From an uncultured delta proteobacterium (GTDB lineage Bacteria; Myxococcota_A; Polyangia; Polyangiales; Polyangiaceae): a DNA stretch of 64,000 bases. The notes below the pieces were generated by a model. It saw nothing but the letters and a program-made list of their open reading frames with translations, had not been told where the DNA came from and made no database searches. The DNA lies in contig CAVQUB010000005.1 in assembly GCA_963716725.1 (NCBI GenBank), positions 96,001-160,000 of the forward strand. The letters are read 5' to 3'. Positions within the stretch are counted from its first letter, which is position 1. Every line of letters starts with the position of its first letter. The position numbers and the translations under genes were made by a program. This document shows, piece by piece, positions 1 through 11,630 of the stretch.

Positions 1-143
1 CGCTTCGAATCGGCCTCGCCACTCGTCGCGCCGCGACGAGTCGGGGCGAACGTGGGCCACGACCCGCTTGCCCGACTCCGCGAGCACGCGCACCAGCTCG
101 CGGCCCGTGTATCCCGTTGCTCCCGCTACGAACGCATCGACCT

Positions 144-1277
144 TCATCCGCGACTCACCGCCTCTCGATACACGTCCAGCGTCGCCCGGGCCGCGCGCTC
201 CCAGGAGAACTCGCGAGCGCGCCGCAGGCCCGCTTCGACGAGCCGCGCTCGGAGAGCTGCGTCGGAGTCCAGAGATCGGATCTTCGCCACCAGATCGTCG
301 TGACTGTAGGGATCCGCGTGGAGCGCCGCGTCCCCCGTCACCTCGCGGACCGCCTCCGCGGTGGACGCGAGCACCGGCAGCCCGAAGCCCATGGCTTCTA
401 CCGCCGGCAGCCCGAAGCCCTCGTACAGCGACGCGAAGAGCAGCATCTGGGCGTGAGCATAGAGCGTGAACAAGACTTCGTCGGTCACGTGGGGGATCGT
501 CACGACGAGACGTTGCACCTCGGGTCGCGACAGGAGCTCGGTCATCTCCGGGTCCACTCGGCTGAAGCGCCGGACGAGCACCAGCTTGTGATCGCTTCGC
601 GTGCCCATGGCCGCGACGAAAGCGCGGATCATTCGCGGATGGTTCTTGTAGGGCGAGCCCTGCCCGACGATGAGCGAGTAGCGCACCCCGGGGGGTAGCC
701 AGGCGTCGAGGCCGTCCCGCGGTCCCCCTCGAGAGCGATCGTGTCGCGAGGGATCGAAGCCATGGTGCACGACCCGGACCTTGTCTGCTTCGGTCGGATA
801 GACGCGTCCGATGGCCCGCGCGGTCGCCTCGGAGATGGCGATGACGCGCCGCGCGCCGCGGATCGCGCGGCCGAAGTTGGCGCGGTACCAGAGCCCATTG
901 ACGAGGCGCACGGGCAAGAACGCCGAGGCGAGCTCGGGCGCTTCGATCCACATCAGGTCGTGGACCGTCACGACCCAGGGGCAGCCGAGTCCGAGCGGGA
1001 CGATGTCCGCGGGCGAGTGGAAGAGGTCCCACTCGGCGAATCGATGGCCGAGACCCAGGGCAAACACCGTGCTCGGGCTCTTGGTTTCTCCCGGGAAGAC
1101 CAGCTCTTCTGCCCGTTCGTGCTCGATCAGCGGGCCCTTTGCGTCCGGGTGCCGGAGTAGCAAGAACCGGAAGCCCTCGGCCATTGGGACCATCTGGCGA
1201 AGGAGCGCCTCCAAGGTATTGCCGATGCCGCTCTTCCTCCCGGAGAGGGTTCGGGCATCGATGACCACGCGCAGCAC
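144..1277 (-). CDS. Glycosyltransferase family 4 (GT-B) protein
   Basis: N-terminal 'VVIDARTL..SGIG', 'VVTVHDL' and C-terminal 'SLYEGFGLPAVEAMGFGLPV' (EX7E) GT4 motif. Confidence 0.9.
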   Translation of the reverse strand: MLRVVIDARTLSGRKSGIGNTLEALLRQMVPMAEGFRFLLLRHPDAKGPLIEHERAEELVFPGETKSPSTVFALGLGHRFAEWDLFHSPADIVPLGLGCPWVVTVHDLMWIEAPELASAFLPVRLVNGLWYRANFGRAIRGARRVIAISEATARAIGRVYPTEADKVRVVHHGFDPSRHDRSRGGPRDGLDAWLPPGVRYSLIVGQGSPYKNHPRMIRAFVAAMGTRSDHKLVLVRRFSRVDPEMTELLSRPEVQRLVVTIPHVTDEVLFTLYAHAQMLLFASLYEGFGLPAVEAMGFGLPVLASTAEAVREVTGDAALHADPYSHDDLVAKIRSLDSDAALRARLVEAGLRRAREFSWERAARATLDVYREAVSRG

Positions 1278-1367
1278 GACGCGGCCGAGGCTAGCGCATC
1301 TTTGGATGGAATCGCGGCACTAGCGCGGGGTTTGCGCGCCGGGTCGGAATTCGCTACCAAGAAGGCG

Positions 1368-2153
1368 ATGAGCGACGACGCCCCGGCGCCCAAGCAGACT
1401 CTCGAGATCCCCGAGCCCGCGCTCGATCCGCCGACGGAGAAGAGCGCTGCCGAGCCGGAGCCCGAAGCTGCCGCCGCCGAGCCAGCTCCGAAGAAGGTCG
1501 CCGCGACCGTCGTAGACGCACCGGTGCCCGCACCGCCCGCGGACGAAGCGCCCTGGGGCAAGGCCGGCAAGACCCAACCGGGTGAGCCCCCGCTCTTCGA
1601 CGCGCCGATGGGAGCGTTCCCGCCGGTGCCGGCGGCAACCTTCGCGCCCACGCCCTTTGCGCCGGCGGTTTCTCCGGGACCGCCGCCGGTCCGGGCGGCG
1701 ACGCCGTATTACGCGCCGCCTCCGCCTCCGCCGCGCGGTTCGAGTAGCGGTGGCCTGCTCATCGGCGGCCTCCTGGGCGTGCTCGCGGTCATCGGCGGGC
1801 TGATCGCCGTCGTGCTCGTCCTGAGGGGCCGAGACGACGAGCCGACGCAGACGCTCGCGGTGCCGACGGGTGGCGGGGGACCGGTGGTGATCGCACCGCA
1901 AGGCCCCGCGCCCGAGCCCGCCATCGCGCCAGCGCCGGTGGCGTTCGAGCCCGCACCGGCGGTGGCGCCGAACCCAACGCCCAAGCCCAAGCCGACGGCC
2001 ACGCAGAGCAAGCTGCCGCCCCCGCCCACCGCGCCCACTCCGACGGCGCCGGCGCCGCCGCCGCCACCACCGGCGACGACTCAACCCGATCTGCCGCCGC
2101 CACCACCCGCGAAGACCGGCGGTGGACGGCTGAAATTGCCTGGCAAGAAGTAG
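1368..2153 (+). CDS. Pro/Ala-rich single-pass membrane protein
   Basis: ATG at 1368; low-complexity Pro-rich regions flank one hydrophobic helix (LLIGGLLGVLAVIGGLIAVVLVL). Confidence 0.7.
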   Translation: MSDDAPAPKQTLEIPEPALDPPTEKSAAEPEPEAAAAEPAPKKVAATVVDAPVPAPPADEAPWGKAGKTQPGEPPLFDAPMGAFPPVPAATFAPTPFAPAVSPGPPPVRAATPYYAPPPPPPRGSSSGGLLIGGLLGVLAVIGGLIAVVLVLRGRDDEPTQTLAVPTGGGGPVVIAPQGPAPEPAIAPAPVAFEPAPAVAPNPTPKPKPTATQSKLPPPPTAPTPTAPAPPPPPPATTQPDLPPPPPAKTGGGRLKLPGKK

Positions 2154-2157
2154 CCGC

Positions 2158-2979
2158 TCAGTTTATCGCGGCGCGCATGCCGATGCCGAACCAGCTGTGG
2201 ATCTTGGGGTCGCGGATGTCGCCCGAGCGGTCGCTGTCGCCCAAGGCATCGCTCTTGATGCTCAGGCTCTCTTTCGTGAACTTGCCCATCGAGTAGCTGA
2301 CAAAGACGCCGTAGAAGTCACCGCGCGAGCGCACCTCGAGCCCAGCTTGGGCGTTCAAGTACTCCAAGCCGTGAGCGTAGTGGCGGACCGAGACCACCTC
2401 CGTCGATCCGCCCGTGGTCATCCACTCGTACCCCGCGCCGAGACCGATGAACGGAGTCACGTTTCGGTGTGGCTCAATGCGAAAGAGCACCATCGGTCCC
2501 CCGCGCAGCTGCCAGCCGGAGCAGCTCGCTTCGTCGCTGCAGTCGGGCATGACGTAGCCGCCGCTGAGACCGAGACCCACGAAGAAGAACGGCGCGGGCC
2601 AATAGCCGAACTCTCCACCGATGAAGATCAATCCGTCGACGTCGTCCGAGAATTTCTCGTTGCCAGAGTAGTCGCCCATTGGGAACGCAAACCCCAGGTG
2701 GCCGGCGCCGGCAAAGCCTGGTTTCCAGCGCTGCTCGCGCTGCCCGACGGGATCGGGCTTGGTGTTCGCGAACGGCGTGTCGTTCTCGAACATCTCAGAC
2801 TCTTTCTCCTCCTCGGCGAGGGCCTTGTCCTTCGCCATGCCGCGGTTGTCGAGCACGACGTCATCCTCAATCTTGTCCGGCTTGCCCGATTTCTTGTCGG
2901 CCTGTTTCTCTTCCGCGACCGCGTTGACCGCGAGGCCGAACACGGCGAGGCAGACCAGCAGCGTTCTGGTGCGAGACAT
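2158..2979 (-). CDS. Putative outer-membrane beta-barrel protein
   Basis: Signal peptide (MSRTRTLLVCLAVFGLAVNAVA); alternating aromatic/Gly beta strands such as 'PFIGLGAGYEW'. Confidence 0.6.
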   Translation of the reverse strand: MSRTRTLLVCLAVFGLAVNAVAEEKQADKKSGKPDKIEDDVVLDNRGMAKDKALAEEEKESEMFENDTPFANTKPDPVGQREQRWKPGFAGAGHLGFAFPMGDYSGNEKFSDDVDGLIFIGGEFGYWPAPFFFVGLGLSGGYVMPDCSDEASCSGWQLRGGPMVLFRIEPHRNVTPFIGLGAGYEWMTTGGSTEVVSVRHYAHGLEYLNAQAGLEVRSRGDFYGVFVSYSMGKFTKESLSIKSDALGDSDRSGDIRDPKIHSWFGIGMRAAIN

Positions 2980-2987
2980 GCCGCCGA

Positions 2988-5900
2988 TCATAGCGGGTTC
3001 GCCGGCCGGGGCGCAGCCTTCTCGCGTCGGACAGCAGGCGGGGGCAGGAGCAGGTCGGCGAGCACCGCGCCGGTGGCCGTCTTTCGCTGGGCGATCTTCG
3101 CTGGGGGACCTTCTGCGACGATGCGACCACCACGGTCGCCACCGTCAGGACCGAGCTCCACGACCAAGTCCGCGCCCGCGATCACCAGCGGATGGTGTTC
3201 GATGACCACCACGGTGTCGCCGCGCTCGACCAAGCGACTCAGCACATCCACCAGCTTGGCGACGTCGGCCAAATGCAGCCCGGTCGTCGGCTCGTCGAGC
3301 ACGTAAAGCGTCGGCAGGTGGCGGACGCTGGCGGTGAGCTCGGCGGACAGCTTCAGGCGCTGCGCTTCGCCGCCGGAGAGCGTGTGCGAGCCTTGGCCCA
3401 GGTGGATATAGCCCGCACCCAGATCCGTGAGGGTGCGGAGCGGCTGAGAGATGTTCGGGTGGTTCTCGAAGACGAGCGCCGCTTCTTCGGCGGTCAGGTC
3501 GAGGACCTCACCGACGCTGAGCCCGGCATATTTCACGTCGAGGGTCAGCGGCTCGAAGCGAGCGCCGGAGCAGGCGGCGCAGGGAGTGATCACATCCGGC
3601 AAAAAGCTCATCTCGTGACTGATCACGCCCTGCCCGTCGCAGGTCCCGCAGCGCCCGCCCTTTGGCGTGTTGAACGAGAACCGCGACGCAGAGAACCCTG
3701 CGACCTGGGCGTCCGGGGTGCGGGCCCAGATGCGGCGGATCTCATCCCATACTCCCAGGAAGGTCGCGGGCACCGAGCGCGGAGTCCGGCCGATGGGGGA
3801 TTGGTCCACGGCCACCGCTCGCGCGAGCTCGCCGAGGCCCGAGAGCCCGTCGTGGGCGCCGGCGGGGGCGCCAGCGAGGCCCAGCGCGCTGCGCACCGCA
3901 GGCAGCAGCACCTTCTGGATCAGCGTGCTCTTGCCCGAGCCGCTGACGCCCGCGATCACGCTGAGGCGACCCAGCGGCAGCGCGAGGTCGACGCTCTTCA
4001 GGTTGTTCTGTCGGGCCCCGGTCAGCAGCAGTCGGGGCGCCGAGCGCGAGACAGCCAGCGCCGGGCGGATCCGCGCCGGTTCTCGCAGCACGCGTCCCGT
4101 CGGCGAATCGGGGTGGCCAAGCACGACGCGGGGTGGACCGCTGGCGATGACCCGACCGCCCCGGGCGCCGCCACCGGGGCCGAGGTCGATCAAGTGATCG
4201 GCCGCTCTGATCGTGTCGGCGTCGTGCTCGACGACCAGCACCGTGGAGCCGATGTCGACCAGGCTCCGGAGGTTGTCCAGCAGGCGCCGTGTGTCGCGGG
4301 GATGCAAGCCGATGGTGGGCTCGTCGAGCACGTACAGCGCTCCAGTGAGCCCCGCGCCGAGCTGGGCCGCCAAGCGCAGGCGCTGCATCTCTCCACCCGA
4401 GAGCGACGCGGCCGCGCGATCGAGCGATAGGTAGTCCAGGCCCACTTGCATCAGGAACTCGAGCCGACGGACCAGCTCCGTCGTCACGGGGCCCGCGACC
4501 TTCAGGGCGTCACCATCGAAGCGCCAGCTCTTCACGAGGGTGAGTACGGCCGCGACCGAACGCTGGACGACCTCGTGGTAGCGCGTTCCGTGCACGCGAA
4601 CGCCGCGTGGCAGCGCTGCCAGCCGCGCGCCGGCACACTGCGGACAGGCCTGGAACACCGGCTCGGGTTTGGTCTTCTGACCACGCCGGCGCTTGGCCGG
4701 CCGCTCGACCAGGCCGGCTCCTTCGCAGGTCGCGCAGCGCCCTTGGGCGGTAGCGAAGGAAAACCAACGCGGATCGAGCTCGGGCACCGCCAAACCGCAA
4801 CGCGGGCACGCACTCTGGATCGAGAGCAAGCGCTCGCTTCCGTCGGAACGCTTGAGCTTCACGGCGCCGCTGCCCCAGCCCAGCGTGCGTTCGAGCAACT
4901 CCCGGGACAGCGCCCTGGGTCTTGGGACCTTTGCCATCGAAAGATTCGATGTTGTGCTCGACCGTCTTCTTGAGCTTGGGAGGCTCGTCCGTCGAGACCA
5001 GCTCGCCATCGCACCACGCTCGCTCGATGCCGTCTCGTGCGGCGGCGCTGAAGACGTCGAGATAGAGGCCCTTCCTGCCTCGCACCACCGGGGCGAGCAG
5101 CTCGAAACCGCGCTTCTCCGCGCGGGCCAGGGCGAGCACTGCGTCGGTGTTCGTCCGCGCGATGGGTTCGTCGTGATCGGGGCAGTGCGGTACCCCGAGC
5201 TTGGCAAAGAGCAGTCGGAGGTAGTGTGCCACTTCGGTCACCGTCGCCACGGTCGAGAGCGCGCCTGCGCGCTGCGTGCGCTGCTCGAGGGCGATGGAGG
5301 GCGGCACTCCGCTCACTCGGTCGACGTCAGGGCGCGGCATCGTTGGCAAGAACTGGCGCGCGTAGGGCGTGAGCGTCTCGAGAAAGCGCCGCTGGCCTTC
5401 GGCGAAGACGACGTCGAAAGCCAGCGTGCTCTTGCCCGAACCGCTGGGCCCGGTGACCACGGTGAGCGCGCCGTGGGGGATCTGCACGGAGATGTCCCGC
5501 AGGTTGTGCTCGCGGGCACGCTCCACCGAGAGCGCGCGTTGGGTGGTTGAAGCGCGAGCGCGCTTCTGCGGCAGGGGCTTCTGACCCCGCGCCGCAAGCG
5601 CCTGGCCGGTGCGGGTCGGCAGGGCGCGGATTTCGGCGGGGGATCCGAGGCCGACCACCTCGCCGCCGTCGGCGCCGGCACCGGGGCCAAGATCGATCAC
5701 GAAATCCGCCGCCGCCACCAGATCGAGGTCGTGCTCCACCACCATCACGCTGCCGCCGGCTTTCAGGATGACGTCCAGCGCGCCGAGCACCGCGCGGACC
5801 TCGTCGGCGTGCAGGCCCGCGCTGGGCTCGTCCAGGATCAAGAGCGCGCCCCGGTGATCGTCGGCGAGGACCCGTGCGAGCTTGAGCCGTTGCGCCTCGC

Positions 5901-8325
5901 CCCCGGACAGGGTCGAGAGCGGTTGTCCCAGGCGCAAATAGCCCAGACCGAGGCGCGCCACCGGGCCCAGCGCGCGCGCAATGGCCACTTCCGGAAAGCG
6001 TTCGAGAATTTCGTTCACGGTCGCGTCGAGCACGTCGGAGATGCTCATGTCTCGGTGCCGGATGGCGAGCACAACGTCTTTGAAGCGCCGCCCCCGACAG
6101 ACGGGACACACCAGCCGCACGTCGGCGAGGAACTGCATCTCGACGGTCTCGAAGCCTTCACCTGCGCAGGTGTCACAGCGCCCGCCCTGGACGTTGAAGG
6201 AGAAGTGCGCGGGCGAGAGCTGCCGGGCCCGCGCCGCAGGCTCTTTGGCGAACGACGCGCGGATGAAGTCCCACGCCTTGGTGTAGGTGGCGGCGTTGCC
6301 CCGAGAAGTCCGGCCGAGCGGCGCTTGGTCGACCAGCGCCACGCTCTTCAACTGTTCGACCCCGTCGATCGCGTCGTGGGGGCCGGGTGCCTCCACGTCG
6401 AGGGCGCCGAAGTGACGCGCCAGCGCGCGATACACGACGTTCACCGCCAGCGTGCTCTTGCCCGAGCCGCTCACGCCGGTGACAGCGACCAGCACGCCCA
6501 GCGGCACGTCCACCTGGACGTTTTTCAGGTTGTTGGCCCGAGCGCCCCGCACGCGGAGATGTCCTGTTGGCACGCGCAGGCTGGCGCCGAATTCGCGGCT
6601 GGTGGACGCAAACGCCCGCTGAGTCGCGCCCCTGCGTCGAACGACCTCGCTCGGCGTTCCGTCGGCCACGATGGTGCCGCCGGCCGCGCCCGCGCCGGGG
6701 CCGAGTTCGATCACCCGATCGGCGGCGCGGATCACCGCCGGGTCGTGCTCGACGATGAGCACGGTGTTGTCGCGCTCCGCGAGCTCCGTGAACAGGTGAG
6801 TGAGGTTCTCGACGTCGCTGGGGTGCAGGCCCACGCTCGGTTCGTCGAGCACGAAGAGCGCGTTGTGCAGCGAGGTGCCCAGGGCCGCGGTCAGCGTGAC
6901 GCGTTGGGCCTCGCCGCCGGAGAGCGTGCGCGCTTGGCGATCGAGGGTCAGGTATCCGAGGCCGACGCGCTCGAGATATGCGAGCCGGCTCGACAGCTCC
7001 CGGCGCGCGAGGTCGCCCTGCCCGGTCCCCGCGCTCAGCGTGGCGAAGAAGCGGCTCGCTTGCCGGATCTCCATGGCGTGCAGCTCGCCGATGTCACGCC
7101 CTCCCACGTGATAGGCGAGCGCCAGGTCCCCCAGCCGTCGGCCCTGGCAACGCGCGCAGAGATCGTAGGCCCGGTAGCGGGAGAGCAACACACGAACGTG
7201 CATCTTGTAAGTGCGGGTCTCGAGCCAACGGAACCAGCCGAGCACTCCGGGGAAGAGCCCGTCGTTCCAGCTGCCGTCGCCGGCGAGGATCAAGCTCCGC
7301 TCCGCGTCGCTCAGCGCGCTCCACGGCACGTCCATCGCTATGCCATGTCGCCGGCACAGCTTGGCGAGCTCGCTGCGCTCCCAGGTCGTGCTCTTGCCGG
7401 CCCAGGGTCGGATGGCGCGCTGCTTCAGCGTGCGCCGCGGGTCGGGGATCACCTTGTCGAGATCGATGCCGATGGTGCGACCGAAGCCCTTGCACTCGGG
7501 ACACGCGCCGAGGGGCGACTCGTAGGAGAAGAGCCCGGGTCGGGGCGGCTCGAGGACGCGCGCGCACTCCGGGCAGGACAGCCCGCGGCGCAAGGTCCGG
7601 CGCTCCTCGTCCAGGAACAGTCGCGCGACGCCCTCGCCGCGCTGCCAGGCTTGCTCGACGGCGGACGCGACGCGTTTCTCGTCTCGCTTTCCCATCGCCA
7701 CGCGGTCCACGAGCACGTCGAGCGTCGCGCCGGAGCCGAGTACGCTGGAGGGTTTGATCCGATCGAGGTCTTCGACCTGTCCGCCCACGACGAGCCGCCG
7801 GTAACCGTCGCGCGCCAGCTGCTCTCGGACTTCGAGGTAGCCCTCGACGCCGCCGTGCACGCGGAGCGGATAGCTGATCAGCGCGCGGCGTCCGCCGAGT
7901 TCCTCGAGCAGGCCCCGGGCCGCTGCGCCGGCGTCGAGCGCTCGGGCCGGGACGCGGTGCTCGGGGCAGATCGGCACCGACTCGCGCACGAAGAGGGCCG
8001 CGAGGTAGGGCTCGAGATCGGCCATGGTCGCGACGGTGGAACGCGAGCTCTTGACCGGTGCGCGTCGGTCGACGGCGATCCCGGCGGGCACCGGATCGAG
8101 CGAGAGCATCGGCGGTCGCTCCAGCCGCTCCAGGAACTGGCGCGCGTAGGGGCTGAAGCTCTCGACGAAGCGGCGCTGTCCCTCGGCGTAGAGGGTGTCC
8201 ATCGCGAGGCTGCTCTTGCCCGCCCCGGAAACACCGGTCAGGACAATCACACGCCCCGGTTCCAGGTCGAGATCGACGCCGGCCAGGTTGTGCGTACGGG
8301 CGCCGCGGAGTCGAGTCGCGAGCAT
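2988..8325 (-). CDS. uvrA: Excinuclease ABC subunit A, double-length (four ABC ATPase cassettes); apparent one-base frameshift near 4945
   Basis: Four Walker A motifs ([32 protein letters not shown]), LSGGE signatures and CxxC zinc modules; ORFs 4510-8325 and 2988-5207 join if one base is removed (HNI-DLSMAK). Confidence 0.9.
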
Positions 8326-8423
8326 TGCGCAGGGGCATAGGGCGACCCGAGCGAGAGCGCCAGCGCGACGCGGGAAATGAATGAGTTGCGCTTTGGCGCG
8401 CGAGCGGCCAATTTGCCCGGCCC

Positions 8424-8909
8424 ATGGCCAAGGGCAGCCCCGACAAGAAGGATCTCGGCGGCGACCGCGTGGTCAGCAAGAACCGCCGCGCGTTCTTCGA
8501 CTACGAGGTCGCGGACACGATCGAGGCGGGCCTGGTCCTGATCGGCAGCGAAGTGCGGACCCTCCGGGTGCGGGGCTGTGATCTGAGCGACGCTTGGGTG
8601 GACATCCAGAGGGACGAGGCTTGGGTCAAGGGCATGAGCATCCCGCACTTGGCGCACGCGGCCTTCGCCCACGAAGAGAAGCGGAATCGCAAGCTCTTGC
8701 TGCACCGCGAGCAGATCGAGCGACTGCGCGGCGCCAGCGATCGCGACGGCATGACGCTCATCGTCACCAAGTGCTACTTCAAGAACAACCGAGCCAAGCT
8801 CGAGGTGGCCCTCGCGCGCGGCAAGAAGAAGCACGACAAGCGCCAGACCATTCGCGAGCGCGACGCGTCGCGGGAGGCCGCGGTCGCCATCCGACGAGGC
8901 CGCCGGTGA
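8424..8909 (+). CDS. smpB: SsrA-binding protein
   Basis: 'NRRAFFDYEV..IEAGLVLIGSEV', 'RKLLLHREQI', 'LARGKKKHDKR' motifs. Confidence 0.97.
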   Translation: MAKGSPDKKDLGGDRVVSKNRRAFFDYEVADTIEAGLVLIGSEVRTLRVRGCDLSDAWVDIQRDEAWVKGMSIPHLAHAAFAHEEKRNRKLLLHREQIERLRGASDRDGMTLIVTKCYFKNNRAKLEVALARGKKKHDKRQTIRERDASREAAVAIRRGRR

Positions 8910-9157
8910 TCGTCTTTTCGTGGCGGCGCGGCGGTCAGGGTCGGCTGCTCCAGACCGACGGGGATCTGGTCAGCGTGCTCTCGAGTCTCGCCTGCCCACC
9001 GGGCACACCGCTCGAAGGCGATCTCGAGGGATCGATGTTTCGCATCAAGGTTCGCTCGTGTCGAAAGTGCGACGAGGACGCCGAGCTTCCGTTCCGCATC
9101 GAGGGGCGCTTGCAGAACCTCACGCGCGAGCAACGAGCGCGTTTGGTGCGAGGCTGA
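8906..9157 (+). CDS. Small hypothetical protein
   Basis: GTG start overlaps the smpB stop (GTGA); 83 aa, ends 'FRIEGRLQNLTREQRARL'. Confidence 0.6.
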   Translation: MIVFSWRRGGQGRLLQTDGDLVSVLSSLACPPGTPLEGDLEGSMFRIKVRSCRKCDEDAELPFRIEGRLQNLTREQRARLVRG

Positions 9158-9174
9158 GCTAGTCTCGCCGGGCC

Positions 9175-10341
9175 ATGCCCCGTCCGCCCCACAGCTCCGC
9201 CGCAACCGCGAGTCTGTCCGATCGCGTCTACGGCGCGCTGCTCGACGAAGCCAAACGCCGCCCTCCGCCGGTGCATTTCCTGAATGTTGGCGACACCTAC
9301 CTCGAGCCGATGCCGGGCGCGCGCGCGGAGGCGCAACGCGCCGCTGACCATCCGAGGCTGCACAACTACGCGGCCGTGCAGGGCGAGGCCGCACTGCTCG
9401 ACGCGGTGGTGGCCCGCCTGGAGCGCGTGCACGGCGCCAAGCTCGAGAGAGAAAACCTGCAAATCATGTCCGGTGCGACCGGCGGGTTCACCGTCGTCGC
9501 CACCGCGCTGCTCGAGCCCGGCGACGAAGTGGTGCTGCTCTCGCCCTTCTGGCCGCTGATCCGCGGCATCGTGGCGTCGCGCTCGGCGACCGCGGTCGAG
9601 CTGCCGCTCTACACGCGACTCGACGAGCCCGGGTTCGATGTGGAAGCGGCCCTCGAGGCGGTCATCACGCCGCGCACCGTCGCGGTCTACGTGAATACGC
9701 CCAACAACCCCACCGGCCGTGTGCTCGCGGATGACGTCGTGGGCGCGATTGCCCGCGTCGTGAACCGCCACAACCTCTGGCTCTGGTGCGACGAGGCCTA
9801 CGAGGAGCTCTGGTACGGAGCCGCGCGGCCGTCGGCAATCTGGGCGCGCGCTGATCTGCGCGAGCGCGCCGTCGCGTGTCACACGCTGTCGAAGAGCTAC
9901 GCGCTTGCAGGTGCGCGCCTGGGCTTCACCCATGGACCGGCCAGCGTCATGCCGGCGATCCGCGGGGCGCAGACCTTCCTGACCTACTGCGCGCCGCGGC
10001 CCCTCCAGTTCGGGGGCGCCCACGCGCTCGCTGAGGGCGACGCCTGGCTCGAGAGCACGCGTCGGCTCTACGCCGTGGCTTCGCGCCGAGCGGCGGAGGC
10101 GCTGCGCCTGCCGCCCCCGGAGGGCGGCACCTTCTTGTTCTTCGACGCGCGCTCTCTCTTCCGCGACGGCGAAGACATCCACGGCTTCCTCGCGCGCTGC
10201 TTGGACGCCGGCGTGCTGCTCACTCCCGGAGCCGCGTCGGGCCGGGATTTCGAGAGCTGGGTTCGCCTCTGCTACACCGCGGTGGCGCCCGGTGAGCTCG
10301 ACGACGCGCTCGAGCGACTGGCGAAGGTCGTGCGTGAATAG
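9175..10341 (+). CDS. PLP-dependent aminotransferase class I/II
   Basis: 'NTPNNPTG', 'DEAYEEL', 'TLSKSYALAGARLG' PLP-lysine motif. Confidence 0.92.
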   Translation: MPRPPHSSAATASLSDRVYGALLDEAKRRPPPVHFLNVGDTYLEPMPGARAEAQRAADHPRLHNYAAVQGEAALLDAVVARLERVHGAKLERENLQIMSGATGGFTVVATALLEPGDEVVLLSPFWPLIRGIVASRSATAVELPLYTRLDEPGFDVEAALEAVITPRTVAVYVNTPNNPTGRVLADDVVGAIARVVNRHNLWLWCDEAYEELWYGAARPSAIWARADLRERAVACHTLSKSYALAGARLGFTHGPASVMPAIRGAQTFLTYCAPRPLQFGGAHALAEGDAWLESTRRLYAVASRRAAEALRLPPPEGGTFLFFDARSLFRDGEDIHGFLARCLDAGVLLTPGAASGRDFESWVRLCYTAVAPGELDDALERLAKVVRE

Positions 10342-10426
10342 CGGGCGGTCGTCCGCTTCGACTTGACACCGCGCCGGGTGACAGCCAGGGTTCGGCCGAC
10401 GGGCCGGCCCCGGAGGGAGAACGCTG

Positions 10427-11623
10427 ATGAACAGGGCAACGGGACTCGCTTGGGGTGTGGCGCTCGCCGCCATCGCGGCGGCGTGCAGCGCGAGCAGCGG
10501 TGGTGACGATCCGCCGGGTGGTGGTGGCGGTGGCGGAGGTGGCGGCCAGGCCGGCAGCGGCGGCGCCACCACCGGTGGGACTTCGTCGGGGGGCGGCAAC
10601 TCTGGAAGCGGCGGCTTCGTGATCGACAGCGGCAGCGGCGGCGATGGCAGCGGTGGCTTCGCCGGTGACGCCTGCGCGACGACCTCGGGCAAGGCCGCGG
10701 AGCCGACGGTGCTGCCCGCCGACATCATCTGGGCGGTGGATCAGTCCGGGAGCATGAACCAAGAGACGGCCTACGTTCAGAGCAAGATCAACGACTTTGC
10801 CAAGGCTATCGGCGCCACCAACATCGACTACCGCGTGGTCATGATCGCCGCGACCTCCGGAGGAAACGCGATCTGTGTGCCGGCCCCGCTCTCCGGCGGT
10901 AGCTGCGGCAACGGCCCGCGTTTCCGCCTGGTCGATCAGAAGGTCGACAGCAACGACGCGCTCAATCAGATCATCAACCAGTACCCCAAGTACTCCGACT
11001 TCTTGCGCCCCAACGCCACGAAGCACTTCGTCGTGGTGACCGACGACAACGCCACCGATGGCCCGAACAAGTCGGCCGCCGCGTTCACCGCTTCGCTGGG
11101 CGGTCTCCAGCCCGCGGGCATGTTCTCCAAATGGGTGTTCCACTCCGTCTACGCGTTCGGATCGGTGCCCGTGTTCGGCTGCATCGGAGCGTTCGGGACA
11201 GGAGCCGCCTTCGGTGCCGTGTACGACGCGCTGGTCAAGCAGACGGGCGGAGCGCAGGGTGAAATCTGCCTCGGCGACTGGACGGCGGTCTTCAACGCCA
11301 TCAATAAGGCTGTGGTTGTCAGCTCCAAGGTGGCCTGCGAGTACGACGTGCCCGCGCCGGATCCGGGCCAGACATTGGATCCGAACAAGGTCAACGTGGA
11401 CTACCTGCCCAACGGACAGCAGCCCTCGAACCCGATCTTCCGTGTCAACGACCTCGCCGGGTGTTCGTCGGGCGCGAACCAGGGAGGGTGGTACTTCGAC
11501 AACAACGCGAGTCCGAAGAAGATCCACCTGTGTCCGCAGACCTGCGCCGCCGTTCAATCCGACCCGAACGCGGTCATCGACGTGAGATTTGGCTGCGAGA
11601 GCGTGTTCAAGCCACCGGCCTGA
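10427..11623 (+). CDS. VWA-like domain lipoprotein
   Basis: Lipobox (IAAAC), Gly-rich linker, 'DIIWAVDQSGSM' MIDAS-like motif, 'FVVVTDD'. Confidence 0.75.
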   Translation: MNRATGLAWGVALAAIAAACSASSGGDDPPGGGGGGGGGGQAGSGGATTGGTSSGGGNSGSGGFVIDSGSGGDGSGGFAGDACATTSGKAAEPTVLPADIIWAVDQSGSMNQETAYVQSKINDFAKAIGATNIDYRVVMIAATSGGNAICVPAPLSGGSCGNGPRFRLVDQKVDSNDALNQIINQYPKYSDFLRPNATKHFVVVTDDNATDGPNKSAAAFTASLGGLQPAGMFSKWVFHSVYAFGSVPVFGCIGAFGTGAAFGAVYDALVKQTGGAQGEICLGDWTAVFNAINKAVVVSSKVACEYDVPAPDPGQTLDPNKVNVDYLPNGQQPSNPIFRVNDLAGCSSGANQGGWYFDNNASPKKIHLCPQTCAAVQSDPNAVIDVRFGCESVFKPPA

Positions 11624-11630
11624 GAGGCCG

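Noticed and set aside
8424..9175. tmRNA (ssrA) next to smpB
   Set aside because: No tmRNA-like ends or non-coding space; the flanks are coding.
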